From contig DF236957.1 in the NCBI GenBank assembly GCA_000708835.1, positions 1-64,000 of the forward strand: DNA of 64,000 bases. Reading direction: 5' to 3'. Origin of the DNA: Klebsormidium nitens (Eukaryota; Plantae; Klebsormidiophyceae). The first letter of the stretch is position 1. Each line of letters begins with the position of its first letter. This document shows, piece after piece, positions 47,977 through 61,033 of the stretch. The notes under the pieces are model-generated. The model ran no database searches, was not told the DNA's origin, and saw nothing but the letters and a program-made list of their open reading frames with translations. The position numbers and the translations under genes are program-made.

Positions 47977-50634
47977 TTAGAACCCGTGAATCTTAATGGC
48001 GTCCTTCTTCACGATCCCGTTCTGCAACAGAACAGAGGCAACATAAGCAATCTGAAAGAGATTTGCAAGCCAGAGAAACAGACTTCTGGCTCAAGAAAAT
48101 GAGAAGAACAAGGTCAAGAGCAAAATGACCGACCAGGCAGAAGTGGAACAAGAAAGATCCGTCTAGGAAGTGAAAAGTGCAACAGAAATGCAGTACAGTC
48201 CAGGCTTTGAAACAAATAGACCCAATGCGACCAAAAGCTCTGCCTACTCTTTTCTCATACATAAGATACGCTAAATCCCAGACGAAAATAATCGTTCAAA
48301 AAAAAAGTAGGGTAACACGTTCAACAGACGCATTTACACCAAAAACAGATAGCACAGCATGGTTTTCTTGAAGCTTGTTACGCTTGCAAATGAATGCCAG
48401 TCGTTTCACACCAGCACTTTGCCATGCCTCTAACAAAGGTGAAGAGAGTCAAAGCGTCCTGGATGTTTGCCAACAAACTGATCACTCAGCAGAACGAGAC
48501 CGGAACTGAACGTGGGAACCAGCAAGAGAACTGCGCCATACCACAGCTGCGCTTGAAAGCAAAGAGCTCACCGACACAAGGAACTGCGACACATTCTTGC
48601 GCTGGTCACCCTGGAGCTGGATAACCGTACCCAGCTCAGTGTCCTCCACCACAGTGCCGTTGCACGAGAACTCCTGCAGATGGAGATCAGAATGACATCA
48701 GCAAGTGCGTATTGAGCTCGGCGAACGTGCTTGGGAAGTAAGCAAGGAGCCAGTCCCACTACTGTGTGATTGCTTCCATCCCAGACGAACGGCGAAGTTT
48801 AGAAAAGGGACACTCAGAAGTGCTTTCCAAGAAGAGTGCTGCCTCATTCCCCAAGATGACTCAGCAGTAGCCCTCATGATCATTAGGCAAAGCTTGCTTC
48901 GGATCCTCGCCCAGAAACTTCTCAAATGAGGTGGACAGCCTGCTGGGATGCTCTGCAAAACCACTGAATCACCTCTCCGGACGACGGCCCAAACTTGTCT
49001 CGACTTTTGGCACTTCTCTAAATTGATAAGACACACCATGACAGCAAACCCTAATCAGCGGTCTCTGCTTCATCCAGCACACTCCCTTTTAAAAACTCGT
49101 TCCTGCCATTGAGACCAGTTTCCTCCTCAACTTTTACTTTCAACCTGTCAAGACTGCTTTTCTACATTGAAGTACAGGCATCAGGGCTCTTGTAGATGAT
49201 TGACGCAACCAGCGAAACCCTCTCCAGCCCTTTTGATGGATTGAGGCACTCCCCTGAGACAGACTCCACTTAGAAGACAGCAAACGATGCACGCATCTGC
49301 TGTTCTGATGCTTCCTTACCTTCTTGAAGTCCTTGAGCAAGCGCTTGTAATCAAAGCTCTTAGAGATGCCCTGTACCGTGGTCAGACTCTTCCGGCCGTT
49401 GCGCTGCTGCACACGGACATGGACATAGCCCTTGCCCTTGGACGCCTCAGCCGAGTCCTCGGCGGCCGCATCCGCAAAGGGGTCTGCAGCACAAGTTCAA
49501 GAGCAGGATTTAGGCTTCTGTCGCAGGCTGCACTGCCAACCATTTTAGCAGACTTGATTCTCAAATGCAAAGGGGTCTCACTCAAAGTTGGACATAAAGT
49601 TGAAGTTCCTGTCGAAGGCTGCAGTGATAGCCACTATGATGAGGTTTCCTTTGCAGCCTTCGATTATGACTGGCCTAAAATGGCGTCAGTGCAAAAGCCG
49701 TCCTCAAAAAAGGTTTGCAAACGGGTCGGAACTGACATCTCTTTCTGTTGGTATACGGGTCTGAATGGCAATGCTTCGCTAAAAAGCAGAAACAAAAATT
49801 GGCAGAAAGGGTTCCCTCCAATTCTTTTCTTTATGATGTACTCTGTCTCAGCACTGCTGTTTGCCATGAGCCAGATGATTGATATGCTCTTCTGATGTTC
49901 TGCAGAGCCAAGTCTTCCATCAGGATATCTCAGTAGAAGACCTAATGGTCCACCCAAAGCACAGTGTAATGATACTAGGCTGTAAAGCAAGGAGCGATAA
50001 AGAGCTGAAGATAGTCAACTCCAAGAGAAGATGTTGACAAATGCTCACGGGCAGCGACCTTTCCAGAGGCTCATTCAACAGAGTGAAACCCTAGTCTCTG
50101 ATTTTCTGCTTCCAAAGTACTTGACTAGCTCATTGTCTCTCACAATCTCGCAGAGCAAACCCTAGGTCAAGAGTATCCTAACCAGGACCTGTTCCGCATC
50201 GTGTGACACATGTAGTTTGCCGCAGCGACCTGAAGGAGCACCAACTTACAATCTCCTACTGAACGCCTAAAATCATCTGGGGAGTAGGAAGCGACTGCTG
50301 CAAGCGATCCATCTTCTGACCGATAAGCTGACCTTCCTTTGCGCTCTGCTCCATAACCAAGCAACATGCAACCTCAAGCATTGTGAGTAACCTTCAACAT
50401 ATGCAACATCAGCACAAACCTGCAGAGTGTAGCAATCCAGAAGCCTTCACACCTTCTTTCTACCCTGTTTCTTACACGAGGACCTTGTGATCACTAAGCA
50501 GAACAGACTCAGCAGAATGATAACAAAAATCGTTGCGGCAAACCCTGTCCCTGAATACAGAATCAAGAACCGAGTCAAAGCACGAACAAAGGCTTACCGA
50601 AAGCGCCAACAATCTGTGCGTCGAGCTCGGACAT
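47977..50634 (-). CDS. SUI1: Translation initiation factor eIF1/SUI1 (exons 50634-50598, 49483-49320, 48673-48572, 48021-47977)
   Basis: Spliced product MSELDAQIVGAFD|PFADAAAEDS...YVHVRVQQRNGRKSLTTVQG...KDFKK|EFSCNGTVVEDTELGTVIQLQGDQRKNVSQFLVS|NGIVKKDAIKIHGF*. Confidence 0.97.
49046..50164. promoter_or_regulatory. Three telo-box-like AAACCCTA motifs in eIF1 introns
   Basis: AAACCCTA at 49046, 50086 and 50157. The function is inferred from plant telo-box literature only. Confidence 0.35.
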
Positions 50635-51550
50635 GAAATAACGCTGGGGAGAACGCCTAGGTCTGTTGAAACGGCTTTTTGAGAGGGTAGAAGGAGAAAG
50701 AGGGGGGGCGCAGCAGAGAAGGCTTGCGGCTTGCTCCTTGAAGTTGAAGCTGTGTTTGCGTCTGTCTCTCTACAAATTGAAAAGGTTTGAACTTTGAAGA
50801 GCTCTGAGGACCACACTTGTCTTGCTGGCGCCTAGGTTTTAGGGGACGGTACATACCGTAAATTGGCAGTCGAGACTTGCTTGATTCAACTTGTACCTGG
50901 GTACCGGGAGGTTGCCTCACCTGCGCGACACCCACTAGTCAGAAGCTTCCCGGTAGGGTACCGCACCTCTGTAAAGCCTTCATGCGGTGTGTGCCAGGTA
51001 CCCACGTCCTACCTAAGTGCATGCCTCGGCTTCCATACAAATAGACCACATCATAGATATGTTCCATCTTTGCAACATAAGACCTTCTCCAAAAGCCTCT
51101 CATATGTACATATTCCTGCGTATCACCACTGCCACCAGAAAGCTTCAATGCGTGTATGGCGCAGTATCACGACTTCAGACGCTATGGTTGTACTCTGATT
51201 GAGGTACGTTCTCATAAGAGTTGGACCCACATGGTTGCCGTCATAAAAGATCAGGCGGTAAGAACTCAAAGTCATGTAAGTTGTTACAGTGCCTAGGTTA
51301 TACAAGGCGTGACCAATACCATGGGGGCAGAAACGGTATATCTCTAGACAGTTTGGGCCCCATGATGGACTCGTGCGTTAGTAAAGGAGACCCCAACAAT
51401 TGTGCACGAAAGAAGCTTCGACTAGGCGCATACATGCTCCACGAGCTCCACAGATATCAATGATATTCGTCACCGAGTACGACACAAGCACAGAAATCTT
51501 AATGGTTCTCGACCTATGAATCGCCTAATAGGTATGCCAAGGAAGGTCGC

Positions 51551-54500
51551 CTAACGGAACTTGATGGACACAAGCGGCACATCAAGATCGTTCTCGTCGT
51601 CATCCTCATCTTCGCAAGCTACGACAATGTCAAAGTGCTTTCTCTTCTCTGGAACGACAACCTTTGCAACATCCCGTGCCAATTCGGACACCTTCTTGGA
51701 CAAGCGTTCCTGCAGAACACAATTGCTGCTTTAAGTATCATGGGCAATGGGCAAGCAGTTTAAATGACGACAAAAGGGACGAGTAGGGCTGGAAAGACCC
51801 TGGTTAATTGTCACTAATTGTTAAGTGGGCTGTCGTAACCCTCTGGCAAACCAGTGGGTTAATCCAGTTTAGCTTGCGGATGGTGTGGCAGCCTATGTCA
51901 TGTCCTCATTCAGAATTCCATTCAAAATACCAATCAACTTAACGATCCATAATATCTGACCAGACTCCAAATAACAACCGCCGAGCTTGCGAATGACTCC
52001 CGCGGACGGATTGCGGCCGAACCAGCAAACAACCAAAGCTCCAAAACCACCGCAACGTCATGGACCAAAAGAAACGAGAGCCAAGCTGGGCAAGACAAAC
52101 AAAACGAAAGTAACGAGGGGAACGAGCAGAGAGAGAAAACAACAAGAGTCGTGTAATATTTCCCCTTGTGCTTGGAGAAAATATTGTTGTACAGCAGCGC
52201 CTGGCCGCAGCGGATTGAAAGAACGTCTACCGGAAAAAACGCGACCCAAGCTAAACGACAAAATACGAGGACCAAGCTAGGGAGTGTAAACTAAGTTGGA
52301 ACGAGAACAGAGTATTATTCGGATCGAACAAATATTCACCTTGTGCTTGGGGAAGATGTTGTTGTACAGCAGCGCCTGGCCGCAGCTGATGCTGTACGCG
52401 CTCAGCTTCCGCGCGCTGAACCAGTCCAGCAGCTCCTGCATCGTGATGTCACCCTCGATGATCCAGCGGTCCCAGATGGACCACTCGAGCTCGTTGTGCT
52501 TGAACTTCTTGGGCGGGATGGGCTCCGCCATTGCGAACAGCGGGAGCGCCAGGTTGGCGAACGTGTTGCGGTGGAGCTCCATCGGGTGGCCCTGCGAGGG
52601 GCGAAGAGGACAAAGGAAATGAGAAGGCCCGACTTTTGATGGTAATTTACGGGCGCTTAGTGAGAACGTAGCCATCATATGGACAAATCAATAGCGGGGG
52701 CGCCAGATTGGATGTGTGGTGGTGTTGCGATGGAGCTCCATCGGGTGGCCCTGCAAAGGGAGGGGGGGGGGGGCAAGAGGGTAAGAAAATGGCTTATATT
52801 ATGGTGGAGAGGGCTGGGGGTAGGATTATGTCGGAGTTGATTTCCTTCCAGCGAAAATGGAATTGCGCACTTCTTTAGGGTCGCGCTTCAGACCGCACCT
52901 GCGGAGCCTTAACACCTAATTTCTAGAGACTGACTCGCTCAATGCTGCAGACCCCTCGTTTCAACCCTAAACCAGTCTTCAAACATACGAACTAGTAGTA
53001 AGCGAGTCGCGACTTGGACCGCTCACCTGCAGCGTCTTGTACAGCTCGAGGCAGACGAGCCCGGTGGCCATGGCGGTGGTCGTCGCGATGGCGGGGATGA
53101 TGCGCCCCGCGATGAACTTGGCCTTGAGCTTGTCCACCTCCGGGATCTGGTAGTTGCGCGCGCGCATGTTGGCGAGGCCCGCGATGAAGTCCATGTGGAA
53201 GTTGGTGTCGTCGTCCTGCGGGGAATACAGGCAAAGAACGGTTAGGCAAACCAAGTTTCTCTACTTTGAAATGAACTTGGGGTGGTCTTCAAGCGACTGC
53301 TCGGTTGGCCCCACAAGATTTCCAGGAGAAATGGGTGCACTTTTCCAACGAGGAAAAACCTGGAGACGCCTGTAAACCGCTCCAGGTCTTAGGGCCACGA
53401 TTTGAAGGTTCTGTCAATAACTGAACGATGGCACTGAATCGACGAGCGATCTCGTGATGGCGTCCGGCTGATCCAAAGCGACCTGTTCCCGCAAGAGATG
53501 AAAGTCCAAAAAATAATCCCGCTGAAAGAGAAAATGGCGGCAGTACATCCTTAGGCACTGACCCCTTCTTTAGCCCTCAACCCTTTCTACTCAACCTCAC
53601 CCTCCCTTGTGTCTGGCATTCTCTTCAGTCTCGTTTTGCACACAACGACCGCGATCGACGCCCTCTCGGCAACCTTCTCATTCCTTTTCATCTTCCACCC
53701 GCCTCACGTCTTTCACTAACCTTTCCAAAGGAATAGGCCATTCNNNNNNNNNNNNNNNNNNNNNNNNNNNNNNNNNNNNNNNNNNNNNNNNNNNNNNNNN
53801 NNNNNNNNNNNNNNNNNNNNNNNNNNNNNNNNNNNNNNNNNNNNNNNNNNNNNNNNNNNNNNNNNNNNNNNNNNNNNNNNNNNNNNNNNNNNNNNNNNNN
53901 NNNNNNNNNNNNNNNNNNNNNNNNNNNNNNNNNNNNNNNNNNNNNNNNNNNNNNNNNNNNNNNNNNNNNNNNNNNNNNNNNNNNNNNNNNNNNNNNNNNN
54001 NNNNNNNNNNNNNNNNNNNNNNNNNNNNNNNNNNNNNNNNNNNNNNNNNNNNNNNNNNNNNNNNNNNNNNNNNNNNNNNNNNNNNNNNNNNNNNNNNNNN
54101 NNNNNNNNNNNNNNNNNNNNNNNNNNNNNNNNNNNNNNNNNACGTCTTTCACTAACCTTTCCAAAGGAATAGGCCATTCAATCATTACAGCGCTTCCGCC
54201 CCTTTACTGGCTTCCATGCCACACTGGATCCCCATCCTTCTACTCACCTTCTCGAAGGTGATGGGTGCCATCTTGAAGTCCTTGGGCAGCCCGTTGGTGC
54301 CTCCCTCGAGCTTCTCCAGCAGCTGGTCAATCACCGAATCGTCGTCCATCGGCTGCGCCAGGCTGGTCGCCTTCTCGTCCGTCACGATCTTCACGCCCTG
54401 CTTCGGCACGAACTCCGGCACGTGCACCTTGGACACCGCCTCCTTCACCCTGTTGAAGCAATACAATATGGTGAGTTGTTAGATAGCGTATGTAAAATAT

Positions 54501-57500
54501 TCGGCCTCTCGTCCGTCACAATCTTCACGCCCTGTTTTGGAACAAACTCCGGCACGTGCACCTTCGACACCGCCTCCTTCGCCCTGTTGACGCAGATACA
54601 ATATGGTGAGTTGTTGGATAGCGTATGTGAAATATTCGGCCTCTCGTCCGTTCGTGATCTTCACGCCCTGCTTCGGCACGAACTCCGGCACGTGTATCTT
54701 GGACACTGCCTCCTTCACCCTGCGGAAAAAAGCAAAATATGGTGAGTTGCTGGATAGCGTATTTTCATGGACTGATCTTCACGCCCTTCTTGGGCACGAA
54801 TTCCGGCATGTGGACTTTGACACCGCCTCCTTCACCCTGCGGAACGATGAACATGTTGCTTGACACGGGAAGACAATAAACAGTTGGTATCTTCACACCC
54901 TGTTTCGGCACAAATTCTGATACGTGTACCTTCGACACCGCCTCCTTCACGCCGTTTAAACACTACATTTGTTGTCAAGTCGCTTGTTATAAGATTCGAT
55001 TGCTGGATAGATTCTTTTGCGGCTGTGTTCTGATAGCGTCACTATCCGACCAAGCACAGCCTCGAACATATTCCGGTTCTGTTGCAGAAATAACGACTCA
55101 ACAGCTTCCCCAAATCATCACATTCACACCGTTTGACAATCAATCTGGAAACTTCGCTCTACCGTCTTGTACGTTGGATAAGGTAAACCCACAGAACGAA
55201 CATTCGTGCGTCCAAACGAAAGAAGTGACAGGCACGACTTAGGTTCTGGTACTCACTTCTCAGGATCCTTCGCCCACTCCGGCACCTTAACGCCGTACGT
55301 CTCTGCCCGGAGGATGGCCCCCGACTGGACGAACGAGATGTGCGACGGGTCGGCGGTGTCGAACTCGAGCGCCCGGGGGAACCGCTTGGGGGCGGACCAG
55401 AAGGGGGAGCCGTTGCTAGTGGCGGCGTCCTCGGGGAAGGTGAACGTGAGCTGCTTCACACGGTTGGCGAAGTAGTCCTCGAACCTGAACAGTGAGCGGG
55501 GTGAGAGTGAGGACTTCGAACCATTTAAGGCGCGCTTATAATTGGCGGCAATGAGTCGCAATCTGAAAGATGCGGTTGGCGAGATAGTCTTGGACCTTCG
55601 GGAAAGGCGGGTTGGTAAGGACAGGGTCCTGGGAAAAGTACCCGTTGACAACGGTGACGGTTCGGCGAAACAAAAAACGAGGTGAGGCCAAAACTAAGAG
55701 GTGCTCAGCACATGGACGAGTGTGGGATTTGTAAGGACCAAGCGAAACCCATGTCTTACTCGCGTAAATAGTACGTTCACTTAACGAGTGGCATCGGAAG
55801 AAGAACAACGTCCTGAGAGCAGAACGCTTGAGCACTTCAGCGTGTTCCCAACCACTTCTCGTCAGTTAATGCAACTACCTTAATTACTACACTGCGCTGT
55901 CTTGCAACCACTTTTGACACAGTACGAACGCCACTCAGCACTCACTTGAGGCGCGCCCACGCAATGCAATCTTCGAACCCGGCGCACTTCTCCACGACCA
56001 GGCTCTCGACGACCTTCTCCAGGCTCTCGCGCGCCTGCGCGTCGCCCGCCTGCCGCACCGCCGCCTTGTACTTCGCAGGATCCACCAGGAACGCGTTCGC
56101 TTCCGCGGGCGTCTTCTCGAGCAGCCCCTCGAACTCGGAGCGCGCCCACGTGAGGCAGTGGTCGATGTTGTGCGGGAACGAGTGCAGCGTGCACATCGGC
56201 GCCTGCTTCTCAGGGGGATCCCTCGACGCGCCGTAGTTCTCGGTCTGGTTCGGGAGCACCATCTGCGTGTTGCACTTGGTGCCGAGCGTGCCGGACTCGA
56301 GGAGCGGCTTCTGGAAGTAGACGCAGCGCGAGTCGACGTACAGGCGCGCGTTCACGTTGTCGAGCGCGTTGATGACGACGTCGAGGCCCTCCCAGAAGGC
56401 GTCGTCGAAAACGTCCTCGGTATCGGGCGAGACGCGGTTCTGCAGCGCGCGGACCTGCAGCACGAAGGCACGAACGCTTGGTACCGAGCTTGCCACCAGT
56501 TGAGTACGATCTGATAAGTCAAAATGCGTTCTGCCCTCGCCATCAGGACTGATAGCGGTCCCAAGCGACTAAGTTTACTGCAACAGCTATGAATGTTGCG
56601 CTGACCTAGGACGTAACTTGCCAACAAGTCATGAGGTACTATGGACGGGAAATGAGTCCTTCCAGCCGCGACCTTCCCACGACCAACCTCAATTCTGGGT
56701 TTATATAGACAACGTCGGACTCGAGCAACTTGGCGAAGTATTTTGGAACATGATTGTAGGAGGTTTCAGGACGCCTGAGCTGATTAGTGACCCTCACCTT
56801 CAGCTCCGGGTTGATCGCCTTCGCCGCTGCCGCCGCAACCGCGCTCTTCGCCTGCCCAATGTTCCAGTCACGGAACAAGAACTGCCGGCTCAGGTTGCTC
56901 TTCTCGATCGTGTCGTCGTCGGTAACGGTCAGGCAACCGTTGTCGCTTGTCGACACGCCCATCAGCGCCAGGTTCTTGAGGAACTCGCACCCGAGCGCGC
57001 CCGCACCAACCACAAACGTCTGCGCATCTTGGAGCTTCTTTTGGAGGGTGCGGCCGAAGACGGCAATCTGCGCATCGTAGCGGCTGCCGAGGGGTGCGAC
57101 CTCGTCGGGGTAGAGAGGCTCGCGGGGGAGGGACTCGATGGAGTCGAAGTAGAAGAACTGCGGGAGGAAAGCACAGCCTCAGTTCCTGTTTCGTCAAATC
57201 TGAGGAAGTGCCTTTTGCCGGGACAGAGCCTAGAGTAGAAAAATAAAATCCACGTTCTTCGGCGACTGGGAACAGATGGGGGGGTCTGACAAGATATAAT
57301 AAAAGTCTCGAAACGGACCGGATTATTGGCCGAACCGGAACGGCAACGGGTTGGTCAGACAGGTCAGTAATGTCATAGAGAAGGCAGCCTTAGAAAAGAC
57401 CCATCCCGAGTTCCGCTCGAAGTAAACCGCGCTTTGCAAACACGCAACAGTTCAACTTTGAACCTACTGCAGCATATTTGGACGCCGGACATTAAAGCAG

Positions 57501-60500
57501 AGACGAGATACTTAGAGATCCGAAGAGGCTCTGACAATTGACACGTAATAGACAACGTCGAAGTGCGCAATGACCGACAACGTCCCCAGCTAGGGCGGAC
57601 AAAACAAACGCTGCCGCAGTCTCACCTGCAACAGCGGGTGGAACTTCCCGGAGCACGCTTTGACGACTTCCTGGCCCACGACTCCGCCCAGCATCGCAGC
57701 CATGGGGCTCAGGTCTGCGGACGCTCCGGACGCCAGGTGGCGCAGGACGGACTCGTCGATCTCCTCGATCTTTGACTCGGCCTTGTCGTTGATCTCCTTC
57801 GCGAGAGCAACGAGCTTGTCGCCGTCTTCTTTGGAGGCGGGGGCAGGGAATCTGCAGGGAAAACGGCATAGTACTTGAGTTGACCTTCAAGACGCTTCCT
57901 GAGTAATAAAAATTGTAACCGTGTGAGGTCAGCTTCAAACGCTCCAGCTGTGACAACAGCGCTTCGAGGAGCACGGTCCGAACTCAAAGGATGGCGGTTC
58001 TCAAACACGTTGAGGAATCCTAGACTGTAAACGCGAACACGTCTTATAAAATCTGTGGCAAACGAGCGCCCTGCCTATTTGACATAACGTCGAATGATGT
58101 ACCCGAAGCGCGACTTAAAGGCCTAGGGATTCCCCTTTTCACACCCCCATCCGGGTTCGGAAGTGACTATACATCCGAGACTTCCAATCAGCCTCAACTC
58201 TGCTTTTCTGCTTCCTGCCAGTGAGCTACGAAAACAACAATTGAATAACATGTCTTGACGGAAGCAGAAAAGACTCCAAGCACTGGATCGCATTCACACT
58301 GCGCGTCCGCACCTGCCGTGCTGCGCGCGGAAGCTGTCCAGCGCCTGGAAGCCGAGGTGCAGCAGGGGCGGCCGGTCCCACTTGGAGAAGTCGCTCAGCA
58401 GAAACTCCCCGGGAGCCTGCAGGCTCTCCTTGAACGTCTTGAACTGGAGGTCCTTCGGAAGCTTGACTTCAGTCACGATGCCACCCCCCTGGTACGCACC
58501 GAACTTGGAGGTGTCCTCTTCGAGCATGAACGAGTGCGCCTTCACGTTGGACACTTTGCGTGGCTTGCCGTCGTTGAGCTCGGTCATGCCGCGGATCTGT
58601 CGTGCGAAGGAGTCAGCAACAGGTGTACGCATTGAAATGAGGAGCTAACCACGACCAGAAGTGGCAGCGCCTTAGTGCCGAGATATGGCTACAGAGAAAG
58701 ACCACAAAAGGAATTCATCAAAGGAGATAGGACCGCGAAGTTGGTTCTCATCGTCCAGAACTTGTCTTAGTATGAAGGCCACGTCAGGATGATTTGATCT
58801 GTTTATGATTGAATTGCTTGAAGGTGCTTCGAAATGGACATGGACAAAACCTGGTTGAAGAAACTAGAAACGATACCTGCGTGAGAAAAGAAGGGACTGC
58901 GCCACAGGAGTCGATGCTTACGAAAATAGAGGGATTTCTGTGTCCAATCGGATCAGCCATAATCACAGTAAGGCTAGTCTGTTGTCAGGCCTGCCTACTC
59001 CGACTTTGCAATCGTAAACCATTTGCAATCGAAACTTTCACACGAGCCAGACCACAGCTCTAATCCGCAGCATCCAGGACAAAATCTGTAAAGACCATCC
59101 TTCACAAAGACGTAAAAGCGCAACGTGAACGCACCTCCCCAAACGTGACCAGATCTCCGTCCACGAACTCCAGCCGCTCGTCATCCACCACTGTCACCAG
59201 CGCAGGGCTGTCGTTGCTGATGGAAGCAATGATGCCGGTGTGGGCATCCTCGCCATCGACATCCCGCACAGTGAAAGAAGGTCCGAAGTCGGTGAAGACG
59301 TTGGCAAACACGCCACGGATCTCGGCCCGAATGAACGCAATAGGGGGGCTGTGGTTGTGGCAGTAGTCATCGAGCTTGATGGACTCATCGTAGGAAAGAT
59401 CGGTGATGACAACGGCCTGCGTGTAATGAAAGTTAGAGTTTCTAAGGTTGGAAAAAAAGGAGACGGAGGAGAGAGGGGATTGAAGAGTATAAGCTCAGGA
59501 GATGGCCACCGACAGCCTGAAGCGTCAAACAGAAAGTGCCAAAAAGACAGTTCATGAAGTCTTAGGAACCAGTAAGAATGCTGAAGACCGCTGTCTGTGA
59601 TCTGGCTTCAAAGAACATTTTGAAAAGTAAGCTCAACATCTAGGCTGGATCATCTGCCTTCGTTTACAGAAACTAACAAGCAACAACCAGTTTTGATCAC
59701 CATCTGAGGCCTCAAAACCACAATGATCACAGTCTGCAGCACAGGTGAGTACGACAACTCAAAGCAGCTGTGTCAGCTGGGACTTGCACACCCACAGAAA
59801 CGCGCCAAAACCTTCTGCAATGTCTGAGCAGGTGCCTGAATCGCAACAAGGATCGCTACACAAAGCGCACCTGGAAGTTCTCCAATAACTTCTCAGTGAT
59901 CCGCTCCGTGATTGCAGTGACTGACACTGCGGTGTTCAGCTCCTTGAGCCGCTCAAGGCACGCCTGTGCTCTGTACTTCCCAACATCCTCCTCCTTCAGG
60001 TAGAACTGGGAGGACAGGTCCGCCAGCTCAACCTTGCCTTCATCCTGAAGAGTGACGGCCTTCACTCCTGCTAGGATCACATTCTTGGCTGCAAGAGATA
60101 GATGAGACCTGTTGATTGAGCTGGAAAACCCCAGGCCATGACTTTCATTAGATTCCTTTATTGGCTGCCGAAACAAAGTACTGAGTATTTGATCGAGGAG
60201 ATAACAGAGGAAGAGAAGGGGAGTCGAGTTGAATGAGCTGGAAACTCTCTGTCAAAACACACGGAATGATCGAATGATACTTCGTATGACTCTTGTGAGG
60301 CAAACGGTGTGAGAAGCCTCATCGGATTGCCTCCTGAGCTGACCGTCTTCACAACCTTTTGACTCAGAGTGGAAGCATGATCAAACTCGGGTGACACACA
60401 GCAATCACGAGCATATTCTGGCATTCAAGTTTTCAGCTTCCAATGAAATCAAGTGACCAAAGGCGCTGCAGCTGAAGGTGTAACTACACGCAAGGCTAAA

Positions 60501-61033
60501 CATGAACAAAGATGACCCGAAAACAGAGCTTGTCAAGTTTGCTGCAGTCTTTGATTAGCTTATTGAAGTGGTTGATCCATGCCTCAATGAGCAATCACTG
60601 AGGAAGCGCAACACTGATTGAGGGAATACAAAGCCGCAACCTTGAACTCCTTCACAAACCAGACAAAACCCAAAAACAAAAATACAGCTGGTCGCTTCTG
60701 AAGAAATGATAATCACAGCAATCCTGACACATCTGCAGATTGATATACACTTCGCTGACACGTGCGGTGCCCTATACAGTTACTTCCATGCAAACCCTTA
60801 CCAACTTCCACACCCAACCCCTTCAAGCCCTGGATCAGGACGCTGGCGCCGAAGAGGCGGCGCATGGTGTCACGGCCATACACCGCCAGCTGACGGCTGT
60901 GGAGATCCTCATCGATCTCGACGACGCCTGCGGAGGGCTCCTGCTTCCCCATGCTAGTTGCTGAGTCAGACCGGTACCGCTTCGCAGAGGAGTCGGGCCC
61001 GGGGACGTCTGCCCCCCTCTTTTTCTGTGGCAT
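51551..61033 (-). CDS. UBA1: Ubiquitin-activating enzyme E1 (exons 61033-60802, 60088-59871, 59416-59135, 58596-58313, 57851-57626, 57157-56798, 56454-55946, 55484-55257, 54449-54248, 53215-53027, 52591-52340, 51709-51551)
   Basis: [67 protein letters not shown], catalytic [44 protein letters not shown] and UFD C-terminus. Canonical in-frame splice sites. Confidence 0.97.
53744..54141. other. Assembly gap flanked by an identical 38-bp sequence (probable collapsed tandem repeat in UBA1 intron)
   Basis: acgtctttcactaacctttccaaaggaataggccattc occurs on both sides of the N run. Confidence 0.85.
54490..54960 (-). repeat. Four tandem ~115-135-bp copies of UBA1 exon-9 acceptor plus exon 5' end
   Basis: cag|ggtgaaggaggc(g/a)gtgtc.aag.t.cacgtgccgga.tt.gt.cc.aa..agggcgtgaagat ([21 protein letters not shown]) with acceptors at ~54584, ~54720 and ~54837; the distal copy (~54950) has lost the AG. 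Confidence 0.92.
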
